A DNA stretch of 42,961 nt from a virus. Below, in pieces: positions 34,948 through 42,961 of this stretch (position 1 is the stretch's first letter; every line of letters begins with the position of its first letter). The stretch lies in IMG/VR virus record IMGVR_UViG_3300045988_175038; one strand, 5' to 3'. The notes below the pieces were generated by a model. It made no database searches and was not told the DNA's origin. It was given only the letters and a program-made list of their open reading frames with translations. Position numbers and translations under genes: made by a program.

Positions 34948-35307
34948 ATGACAAACTTTAGAATTATGGTAGGTATATTGATATTCTCAGCTATTGCAGC
35001 TTTCATCACTCTAGGTGTTGGCCATACTCTTAACAGGATGGGGAAGCATGTTTCTTCTTATCCTCACAAGGGTATGGAAGATGAGCCAAAGCTTACTATA
35101 CAAGATATGTATAGCCCAAACAATAACTTGTCTTTATTCTTCAAGGACGGCAATTCATATTCAGTATTGGTATCAAATCATTGTATAGATAAAGAAGAAT
35201 TTGTGTTTGCTGACAATACAATTAACTTAAGGAATAAAGTTGCAAGAGTTCTCAGAAATTATGCAGCTCTTGAAAAATCCCAAAATAAAGACAGCGTAAT
35301 ACTTTAA
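34948..35307 (+). CDS. Small membrane protein
   Basis: The ATG is at 34948, after the promoter box. The N-terminal TM segment is MVGILIFSAIAAFITLGVG. Confidence 0.5.
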   Translation: MTNFRIMVGILIFSAIAAFITLGVGHTLNRMGKHVSSYPHKGMEDEPKLTIQDMYSPNNNLSLFFKDGNSYSVLVSNHCIDKEEFVFADNTINLRNKVARVLRNYAALEKSQNKDSVIL

Positions 35308-35316
35308 TATATACAC

Positions 35317-35351
35317 AGCCATCGAATACAGTTGCATTCGATGGCTTTTTT
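35317..35351 (+). terminator. Rho-independent terminator
   Basis: A perfect 11-bp stem AGCCATCGAAT/ATTCGATGGCT is followed by a T5 run. Confidence 0.65.
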
Positions 35352-35381
35352 ATGGTATTTTTATAGCTTTTCAGCTATTCT

Positions 35382-35389
35382 TACCTTTG
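35382..35389 (+). promoter_or_regulatory. -7 promoter box TACCTTTG(C)
   Basis: Matches TAnnTTTG 26 nt upstream of the tape-measure ATG. Confidence 0.55.
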
Positions 35390-35414
35390 CAGAAAACTAT
35401 AATAAATATCATTT

Positions 35415-38400
35415 ATGGCAAACAGTACACAAACATTCATAGGCCGGGTTCTGCTTGATGACAAACAAGCAAAACAGACTATCGCATTGCTTGAAAAGCA
35501 GCTCGAACAAGTTAAGCAAAAAAAGACTGATGCATTCAAAAAAGGAGATGACACCAAGGCTTTCGATAAAGAGATAAATCGAATAAATGCTTCACTCAAG
35601 ACATTGCGAACCAGCCAAGAGCAGGTGAATAGAACATTCAACAATCTTTCTTCTGCCTCATATAAAGAATTGTCTGTTGTAATGAAAACAGTACAAAAGC
35701 AGCTACGCTCAGGAGCTGTCGAGCGTAATTCTGAGGAATGGAAAAAGCTTCAGCAAAAGCTCAAAGAGGTTAAGCGAGAAATGAATGCCATCAATAGCGA
35801 GTCAAAAGAAACAACAAGTCTTTGGTCTCGTTTCGTTAACGTGCTCAATACCAACTGGGGAGCTGTATCGCAGATTATCGCTGCATACGCAGGACTCTCT
35901 ATGACCATCCGAAAATGCGCCCAAGCCTATGCCGATATGGAGGAATCCATGGCAAACGTCCGCAAATATACAGGTCAGACCGATGAAGAGGTTCACCGGA
36001 TGAACGAAGACTTCAAGCGAATGGACACCCGTACGGCTCGTGAGCAGCTCAATGAACTGGCTGGTTCTGCCGGTCGCCTGGGCATCACCAGCAAGGATAT
36101 GATTGAAGAGTTTGTTGATGGAGCCGACAAGATTAACGTTGCGCTAGGCGATGACTTGGGAGAAGGAGCGGTCGACAAGATTGGCAAACTTGCTCAGATG
36201 TTCGGGGAAGATAAGACCAAAGGACTCCGTGGTGCAATGCTCGCCACTGGTTCTGCCGTCAATGAACTCGCCCAGAATTCATCAGCCAATGCCGGATATA
36301 TAGTCGATTTCACCGCCGATCTTTCCGGTGTAGGCATCCAGGCAGGCATGACTCAAGCACAACTGATGGGTCTCGCTTCTGCACTCGATCAGAATATGCA
36401 GGAAGAGGCAACCTCTGCTACTGTGTTCTCTCAGCTTATAACCAAGATGTATCAGGAACCGGCTAAATTCGCAAAGATTGCCGGTGTAGAAGTCACGAAG
36501 TTCTCAAACTTGATGAAGACCAATGCAAATGAGGGATTGATGACATTCCTTTCTGCCATGAAGTCTAGAGGTGGGTTTGCTGAAATGGCTCCTATGTTTG
36601 AAGAGATGCAGCTGAATGGTACTCGTGCCGTTGGCGTTCTCTCTGCAGTAGCTTCACACCTGGACCAGGTAAGAACTGCCCAGGATCTCGCTACCCAGTC
36701 ATACGCTTCAGGCACAAGTGTCATCAATGAGTTCAATGTCCAGAACAATACTGTGCAAGCCCAGCTGGATAAGGCAAAGAAACGTTTTGAAGACCTCACT
36801 GTAGAACTGGGTGAACAGCTCATCCCAGTAACCAGATATGCCATCTCTACCCTGAGCATAGGCATACATGTGTTATCAACATTGATAACTTTTACGTTCA
36901 CCCACGTCAAACAGCTCACAATAATAGGTTCCACCATCGCTGTCTGCACGGCTCTTTGGTATAAGGAAACTATAGCCATCAAGCTAAAAGCAGCAGCTAC
37001 TACATACGCAGCTGCCATAGACAAAGCATATATAGCTACAACAACCCTTCTGCGTGCTGCCATGGTAGCCCTGCAGGCTACATGGGCGTATTTAACAAAG
37101 GGCGTGCAAGGCTATATCGTTGTAATGAGGGCAGCCCGCTTAGCCAGTCTTACTAATCCATGGGCCGCACTCGCCACCGTTCTTACGGTGGTAGGAGTTG
37201 CGGTTTATGGAGCTGTTAAAGCCTTTACTTCGTATAATGAAGCTATGCGTAACAGCACACAAGAAGCAAAGAACAACAGGGCGGTTGCGGAAGCACAGGC
37301 AAGTCTCGCCAAGAAAGTATCTGATGCAACTCTTGATGAACGCAACAAAGTGGATATGCTTAACAAAGTTATCCATTCCAACGCCTACACCGTAGATGAG
37401 CGCAGGCAAGCTATCGCAGCCATGCAGAAACTGGTTCCGGAGTATCATGCTTCTATATCCAAGGAAGGAAAGCTGTATAATGACAACCAGATTGCAATCC
37501 AGAACTATATCAAAGAGCTGGAGAACGCGGCGATGGCAGAAGCTATATATGAGCGCAAGGTTGAAATCAACAAAAAGAAACTGGAGCTGAAACTTAAAGA
37601 AAGTAAAATACGCCACTCTCTTAAAGCAGTTGATGCCGAACGTAAGTCACATCCTGAACGATATGAAAGCGAAGCTGTTGCAGATGCATTTACCGGTCAG
37701 CTCATTGAACAGAATGATGCATTAAAGAGTAATGAGAAGCAGAAGAAGATTCATACACGGAGACTCAAGGAAAACCTGAGCCTGCAACAGCAACTCAATG
37801 CAGAAGAGTCCTATTATAACACAGAACTCAGGAAGAATGCAAATCTCCAGAAACTATATAAAAAGAAAGAAAAGAAGAGTCTCCAAGACGAAAGCACAGG
37901 AACGAACAGAACAACGGGCTCTACCGGTCATTACACAACAGAGAAGGAGCGTAAAGCAGCCGAAAAGGAGCAAAAGAAGCGTGAAGCTGCTGCACGTAAA
38001 GCAGAAATCAAGCGAAAGGCAGACCTCAAAAAAGAGCTGGATGATGCCAAGAAAAGTACCGAGGCTCAGCAGCTGGAAGCCACTACCCTCTACTCTACCG
38101 GTCAGATTCGCCTGGCAGAATACAACGACCGCATGGCGAAGATTAAGGAGCAGGGACTTCAGCAGCGCATGGACATCCTTCGCAAATACGGAGAGGCTGA
38201 GAGTGAGGAGTACAAGCGTCTGAATGCCCAGAAAGAGAAGATCTCTGCCGATTATGAGCGCAAGCAGACACAAGACCTTCAGGACCTGGAGTACGACCGG
38301 CAAGTGGCAGAACAGGCCATCACTGCCGAATATTACAATAAGGACTCCGACCTCTATCATAACGAGAGTGCTATCAATGAGGCGCTTTTTCAACTCGACC

Positions 38401-39755
38401 AGACGTTTCTCAAAGAGAAACAGGCACTCTATCTGAAGTCCTCTGACGAGTACTGGCAGATAGCCCGAGAGATTGAGCGCAGTGAGCAGCAGCACCAGTA
38501 TGACCGCCAAAAGCAATACGATGACACGCTGATGCAGCTCAAGCAGGAGTATCTCACCCTCGGCAATGAACAGCAGATGCAGCTGGAGCTTGCAGGACTG
38601 GATGAGGTTCACAAGGCTGGTCTTGTAAGCGAAGAGGAGTATCAGCGCATGAAGATGGGCATCGCTAACAAGTATGCATCCTACAAGCCGGACGCCAAAG
38701 ATCAGGCAAAAGACGATGCAACCACCGCTCTCGATACCGCCAAGAAGATGACTAGACAGACCGATGACCGTAGCGGTTCGCTCGGATCAGATAATCTCGC
38801 CACCATTGCGGGAGGCGCCATTGCTGCCATCCAGCAGCAGAAGATGGTTAATGATAATCTTCAGAAGCTTCGAGAAGAGGATAAGATCAGCGAACAGGCA
38901 TACCAGGATGCCAAGAAACAGATGAATCAAGAGACCTATAAGAATATTGCAGCCATAGCAGGTGCAGCCTTCAGTAGTATCAGCAGTATGATGGGAGCAG
39001 CTTCAGCCTACTCTCAGGCATGTTCCGACCTGGAGGTAGCCAAGATTCAGGCGAACTACGACAAGCAGATTTCTGCTGCCGGCAATAACTCTGCCAAGAA
39101 GAAGCGACTCGAGGCGAAACGAGACAAGGAGATTTCTGCGGCAAAGACTAAAGCTAACAAGAAAGCGATGAAGATAGAGATTGCTCAAGCAGTCGCTTCT
39201 ACCGCTATGTCGGCTATCAATGCCTACTCTTCAGCTGCAGCAATCCCTACAGTGGGCTACATCATCGCCCCTATAGCCGCCGGACTCGCTACTGCTGCCG
39301 GTATGCTTCAGATTGCCACAATAAAAAAACAGCATCAGGCAGAGGCAGCAGGATATTATGAGGGCGGTTTCACTGGTCCCGGTCATTGGAAGAAAGAAGC
39401 TGGCGTGGTTCATGCAGGCGAGTTCGTGGCGAATCATAACGCTGTGAATAATCCTCAGCTCCTTCCTGCCCTTCAGCTCATCGATGCAGCACAGCGCAAT
39501 AATACCGTGGCATCGCTCACAGCCCAAGACGTAAGTCGTGCCATGGGAACTGGAAGCGCTGCCGTTGTTGCACCTGTTGTCAATGTTAATGCAGACAACG
39601 AACTGGTAGGTGCATCTCTCGATAACGTGAGTTCAACCATTGAAAGGCTCAATGAACAGCTCAATCTGGGCATCAAATCATACGTGGTCATTACGGGTCC
39701 AGATGGTTTCGACCGCAAATGGAGTCAATATCAGAAAATGAAATCAAACAAATAG
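35415..39755 (+). CDS. Tail tape measure protein
   Basis: It is 1446 aa with long coiled-coil K/E/Q-rich stretches, central hydrophobic helices (LSIGIHVLSTLITFTF, ALATVLTVVGVAVYGAV) and an Ala/Gly-rich C-terminal part. Confidence 0.85.
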   Translation: MANSTQTFIGRVLLDDKQAKQTIALLEKQLEQVKQKKTDAFKKGDDTKAFDKEINRINASLKTLRTSQEQVNRTFNNLSSASYKELSVVMKTVQKQLRSGAVERNSEEWKKLQQKLKEVKREMNAINSESKETTSLWSRFVNVLNTNWGAVSQIIAAYAGLSMTIRKCAQAYADMEESMANVRKYTGQTDEEVHRMNEDFKRMDTRTAREQLNELAGSAGRLGITSKDMIEEFVDGADKINVALGDDLGEGAVDKIGKLAQMFGEDKTKGLRGAMLATGSAVNELAQNSSANAGYIVDFTADLSGVGIQAGMTQAQLMGLASALDQNMQEEATSATVFSQLITKMYQEPAKFAKIAGVEVTKFSNLMKTNANEGLMTFLSAMKSRGGFAEMAPMFEEMQLNGTRAVGVLSAVASHLDQVRTAQDLATQSYASGTSVINEFNVQNNTVQAQLDKAKKRFEDLTVELGEQLIPVTRYAISTLSIGIHVLSTLITFTFTHVKQLTIIGSTIAVCTALWYKETIAIKLKAAATTYAAAIDKAYIATTTLLRAAMVALQATWAYLTKGVQGYIVVMRAARLASLTNPWAALATVLTVVGVAVYGAVKAFTSYNEAMRNSTQEAKNNRAVAEAQASLAKKVSDATLDERNKVDMLNKVIHSNAYTVDERRQAIAAMQKLVPEYHASISKEGKLYNDNQIAIQNYIKELENAAMAEAIYERKVEINKKKLELKLKESKIRHSLKAVDAERKSHPERYESEAVADAFTGQLIEQNDALKSNEKQKKIHTRRLKENLSLQQQLNAEESYYNTELRKNANLQKLYKKKEKKSLQDESTGTNRTTGSTGHYTTEKERKAAEKEQKKREAAARKAEIKRKADLKKELDDAKKSTEAQQLEATTLYSTGQIRLAEYNDRMAKIKEQGLQQRMDILRKYGEAESEEYKRLNAQKEKISADYERKQTQDLQDLEYDRQVAEQAITAEYYNKDSDLYHNESAINEALFQLDQTFLKEKQALYLKSSDEYWQIAREIERSEQQHQYDRQKQYDDTLMQLKQEYLTLGNEQQMQLELAGLDEVHKAGLVSEEEYQRMKMGIANKYASYKPDAKDQAKDDATTALDTAKKMTRQTDDRSGSLGSDNLATIAGGAIAAIQQQKMVNDNLQKLREEDKISEQAYQDAKKQMNQETYKNIAAIAGAAFSSISSMMGAASAYSQACSDLEVAKIQANYDKQISAAGNNSAKKKRLEAKRDKEISAAKTKANKKAMKIEIAQAVASTAMSAINAYSSAAAIPTVGYIIAPIAAGLATAAGMLQIATIKKQHQAEAAGYYEGGFTGPGHWKKEAGVVHAGEFVANHNAVNNPQLLPALQLIDAAQRNNTVASLTAQDVSRAMGTGSAAVVAPVVNVNADNELVGASLDNVSSTIERLNEQLNLGIKSYVVITGPDGFDRKWSQYQKMKSNK

Positions 39756-39758
39756 TCT

Positions 39759-41654
39759 ATGATTACATGTGTTATTAATGGTATGGCAGCCTATCCGGCT
39801 GCCAGCCAATCCATCAAGTTAACATACGCCAACCAGTACGTCACGGACGATGGAGAATATTCATACGACATTAACTTTCCGATGTCGATTATGGATAACC
39901 GTAGAGTTTTCCACAATGTTAGCCGCTTCGATGTATCTAAGGTTACCCAGAAGTTTAATGACTGCAAACTGTACGTGAGCGGTCGTTTGATTCTATCGGG
40001 TGTAGGAACCATCATCAGCGTAACGGAGGCTGAAATAAAACTGCAGATTGTGGGCGGAAAATCCCGCATCAAGTATAATGACAGGATGACCAAGCATTAT
40101 ATCGATGAAATCGCAACATTTGGCACAGCTGACAAACCCGGTTATACTGTCGACAAGGGCTGGTCTCAGGGATTTAAAAACCTTCAAAAGATCAATGACA
40201 TCTATAGACTTGATGAAGATAAGTCGAAGTTCCTGGGAGTAGAAGGTAAATGGTGTTTCGTACCTGTACGGGACGAAACAAATGATATGATTGCTAATTT
40301 TGTTGGAGTGGATAAAACTAAGCAGTTCATCGGCTACAATGCGCCATTTGTCATGAACTTGGCTGTTCAGCCCAACCTGATGTACATATTTCGCAAGGTG
40401 GTGGAGTACGAAGGATATACGCTCAAGCGCAATGACTTTGACTGCAAACCATGGAATCTCCTGTATATTGCTTCAGCTTACAAGACCAGAGAACTCCGTA
40501 AAGCACTACCTCATTGGTCAAGCTATAACTTTATAGAGGAATTCCGCAAGCTGTTCAATGCCACCATCGTCTTTGATGATATCAGGAAGACCTGCTCTGT
40601 TATCAATGCATCAGAACTGACAACCGCAGATTCTGTAGAGATCGAGCCTTTGGATGAATACACTACGGATTACGATGAAGATGGATCCTTCTCCACGTCA
40701 TCTACAGCAAATCTGGAGTATAATCTGGGTGATTCTGCAAACAGAGATAAATATGAAGTTATTTCAAAAAAAGTCTTCGAGAATTTTAAAATAGTCCATA
40801 GTACAGGTACCTGGGACCCGCAAAATCAGTTCAAAGGGACAACACTGTCATGGTCTGAAAAACAAAAAAGACAGACTATCATTGAGTGTAATGGTAGTTA
40901 CTACATATATGTAGAGAATGAGGACGGTTCGAAAACATGGCAGCTGGCAGGCGTTTGGTCACCATTAATCAGGGGCAGTTCTTCTGATGATTATGTTGAT
41001 ATTAACATATCTCCTGCAGCACAAGTTGTAGAAGATATCAATTTCAAAACAGCAGTCATAGGCGAAGATAATTACTACGAGAAGCGATGCCTTCTTTCAA
41101 TACCTAATGATAAGGAGCCGGATTCAAAGGAGTGCGATGTTGATGATGACGGCTACAGCTACACATCCGTGCAGGATGCGATAGACGATGAGTCAACACT
41201 CGACAAATCCGAAGATGATCAGGAATGCATGAATATATTCTTCATTATTCCAGGAGAAGTACAAGATGACAACAAATTTAGTTGGGTTAGAGCGAAGTCT
41301 AGGTGGCCAAAATTCAAAACCGACTACCGAATAAATAAAGAATATTGTGGTAGTACCGAAGGAGGGTTTGGTGGGAACGGAGGAGGTACATTTAAAGAAA
41401 AGTATCCTTACTCTCTGTCGATTTGTGCGAAATCGACTAATGATGTTGTTACTCTAGGCTGCTTACATGATAACGGTCTCAAGATCGACAACAAGAACTG
41501 TCTCCAGGTTAAGTTCAAAAGCGAAGTCATCCCTGATCCTTCCAACACCTACATCATACATAACAAGAAATATGTATGCGAAAAAATCGAGTTGGAAGTC
41601 AAGGATGACCAGATAGAGCCAATCTTCGTTGGCTACTTTTACATGATGTCGTAA
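39759..41654 (+). CDS. Tail protein following the tape measure (distal-tail or baseplate candidate)
   Basis: A 631-aa ORF 3 nt after the tape-measure stop. The call rests on position only. Confidence 0.45.
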   Translation: MITCVINGMAAYPAASQSIKLTYANQYVTDDGEYSYDINFPMSIMDNRRVFHNVSRFDVSKVTQKFNDCKLYVSGRLILSGVGTIISVTEAEIKLQIVGGKSRIKYNDRMTKHYIDEIATFGTADKPGYTVDKGWSQGFKNLQKINDIYRLDEDKSKFLGVEGKWCFVPVRDETNDMIANFVGVDKTKQFIGYNAPFVMNLAVQPNLMYIFRKVVEYEGYTLKRNDFDCKPWNLLYIASAYKTRELRKALPHWSSYNFIEEFRKLFNATIVFDDIRKTCSVINASELTTADSVEIEPLDEYTTDYDEDGSFSTSSTANLEYNLGDSANRDKYEVISKKVFENFKIVHSTGTWDPQNQFKGTTLSWSEKQKRQTIIECNGSYYIYVENEDGSKTWQLAGVWSPLIRGSSSDDYVDINISPAAQVVEDINFKTAVIGEDNYYEKRCLLSIPNDKEPDSKECDVDDDGYSYTSVQDAIDDESTLDKSEDDQECMNIFFIIPGEVQDDNKFSWVRAKSRWPKFKTDYRINKEYCGSTEGGFGGNGGGTFKEKYPYSLSICAKSTNDVVTLGCLHDNGLKIDNKNCLQVKFKSEVIPDPSNTYIIHNKKYVCEKIELEVKDDQIEPIFVGYFYMMS

Positions 41655-41666
41655 TCTCCGAGGAGA

Positions 41667-42830
41667 CTAAAGCCCACCTTTAAAGTGCTTAGTCTCCTCG
41701 TTTACTTTCATCTGGTTCTTGATATAGCGATTAGTCACAGATATATCAGAGTGTCGTGCCTGCTCCTTAGCAACAACTATACCTTGAGCATTGGCCAAGT
41801 CTCTAATGCCGGTATCTTTCAAACTGTAGAACTGATACTCCTTAGGAAAGCCTATGGCATCACGCATCTTGCCCCACTCTACTCGCAACTGATTATAAGC
41901 TGCTCTCTTTTCACCAGGTTTCAGACTCTTTCCGAAAATGTAGCAATGGCTAGGATGCTCGAAGATCTTCAGTTCTATCATCAGCTTCAGGATTTCATCG
42001 TTAAGGGCAACCATTCCGTCCTTGCGGTTCTTACTGATGGCAGAACTGATAAAGACAGTCTGATTCTTGATAGATACATCTCCGATCTTTATCTGGGTCA
42101 ACTCATTCGGACGGATGAAAGTATAATACTCAAAGAGACAAGCCAGAAGGAAATGCTTGTCATGAGTATAGAGATAATCCTTCATCTTCTTGAGAGCTCC
42201 AGGAGTCAATGGATTCCGGAACTTCTCTGTTTGCGCAATATTGCGAATATCGATGGCAGGATTCTCGGAAATATACTTTCGATCCATCAGCCAAGTACCG
42301 AACGAGACAAACCAGGAACGATAGTTATTCCTGGTTGTAGCTGATACATCACGATCATACATCAGATGATCCAGGAAGTCAATGGCAAAGGCTCGGTCTA
42401 TCTGATAAGCATATTTGATACTCCTACACTCCTCTATGAAGGTTTCGAGCATCTTGAGGCGGCTGAGATAGTCAATAGAGGTCTTTTCCTTCATCGACTT
42501 TTTATTAGTCATCGACTTAATATAATCTCTATATCTACTAAAAATTATTGGTATTTCCGTAAATTGGCGCGACTGGTCAGCATTCACCCATGGGTTCCAT
42601 CCTGCTGTCAATTTCGCAGTAATATTGTGAATAAGAAGACTGCCCATCATACGCTTTTTATGATCAGACTTATACTTGTTGAGCATATACTTCTTGCGCT
42701 TCATCACACCGGAAACTGGGTCACGAGCATAAAAGTCAACATACCAGTACCCGCCCTTGGTATGCAACACAGGAAGCGTGAATCCTACTATTTCACGCGA
42801 ACTCAAAAAATCGATTTCTTTTACATTCAT
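41667..42830 (-). CDS. int: Tyrosine recombinase / phage integrase
   Basis: The C-terminal catalytic pattern is FIRPNEL...SLKDTGIRD...ARHSDISVTNRYIK (R, K, HxxR, Y). It is 387 aa and its start lies 82 bp from the right terminal repeat. Confidence 0.9.
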   Translation of the reverse strand: MNVKEIDFLSSREIVGFTLPVLHTKGGYWYVDFYARDPVSGVMKRKKYMLNKYKSDHKKRMMGSLLIHNITAKLTAGWNPWVNADQSRQFTEIPIIFSRYRDYIKSMTNKKSMKEKTSIDYLSRLKMLETFIEECRSIKYAYQIDRAFAIDFLDHLMYDRDVSATTRNNYRSWFVSFGTWLMDRKYISENPAIDIRNIAQTEKFRNPLTPGALKKMKDYLYTHDKHFLLACLFEYYTFIRPNELTQIKIGDVSIKNQTVFISSAISKNRKDGMVALNDEILKLMIELKIFEHPSHCYIFGKSLKPGEKRAAYNQLRVEWGKMRDAIGFPKEYQFYSLKDTGIRDLANAQGIVVAKEQARHSDISVTNRYIKNQMKVNEETKHFKGGL

Positions 42831-42912
42831 TTTTTTTCATTGTCCGTTTTACTGGCCAATGATATTAAACATCTGCTAAATCTAAAAAGTCCCGTTTCTA
42901 AAACGGAAAATC

Positions 42913-42961
42913 GGATAAGATGTTGTTGACCAACTTCTTACCCGATCATTGTTGCGGCGGC
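42913..42961. repeat. Right copy of the 49-bp terminal direct repeat (attR core or contig-end overlap)
   Basis: Identical to 1-49. Confidence 0.9.

Larger units (their letters stand above)
1..42961. mobile_element. Complete temperate tailed-phage genome (integrated prophage cut at its att repeats, or a circular contig with end overlap)
   Basis: The repressor and integrase face the two ends. Replication, head, terminase, portal, tail-fibre, lysis and tape-measure modules lie between them. An identical 49-bp sequence sits at both ends. Confidence 0.9.

Noticed and set aside
36452-38612. 203-aa and 252-aa minus-strand ORFs inside the tape-measure gene
   Set aside because: They are antisense to K/E/Q/A-rich repeats, with a Leu/Phe/Cys-rich junk composition.
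41685-42929. 219-aa and 187-aa plus-strand ORFs
   Set aside because: They are antisense to the integrase gene, whose catalytic motifs are clear on the minus strand.
1-42961. CRISPR arrays, tRNA or rRNA genes
   Set aside because: No spaced repeats of CRISPR size were seen. The repeats present are heptamers, GGAAA arrays or iterons. No T-loop/acceptor-like tRNA signature or rRNA-like sequence was noticed by eye, and a tRNAscan/Infernal run would be needed to be certain.

Overview
The window is one complete temperate tailed-phage genome of about 42.9 kb, bounded by identical 49-bp direct repeats (1-49 and 42913-42961). The host is probably Bacteroidota. Thirteen intergenic TAnnTTTGC -7 promoter boxes sit just upstream of gene starts, there are no Shine-Dalgarno sites, and the integrase is Bacteroides-style. 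Layout, left to right: cI-like repressor (minus strand) and a divergent early operon; a Toprim/P-loop primase-helicase followed by an iteron-rich noncoding region; ClpP-like protease-scaffold, capsid and a PLD-like protein; small and large terminase. A roughly 6-kb accessory island follows. It holds a 0.9-kb noncoding gap, a ComF-like PRTase plus RadC/JAB pair, a three-gene coupled cassette, a secreted protein, and a structured RNA leader upstream of a small membrane protein. Then come portal and neck genes; a run of tail-fibre-like genes ending in a diversity-generating retroelement (DGR); holin, amidase and a spanin-like protein; tape measure; a tail protein; and a tyrosine integrase (minus strand). 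The strongest signal is the DGR: VR 30782-30898, TR 31194-31310, RT 31558-33129, with 11 mismatches that are all adenines in the TR. The cassette is atypical: RT motif C reads FMDN rather than YxDD, motif B has AQ rather than SQ, the RT carries about 149 extra C-terminal residues, and no Avd-like gene is present. All calls come from reading the sequence and the ORF track by eye. No searches or GC calculations were run, and no tRNA, rRNA or CRISPR array was seen.
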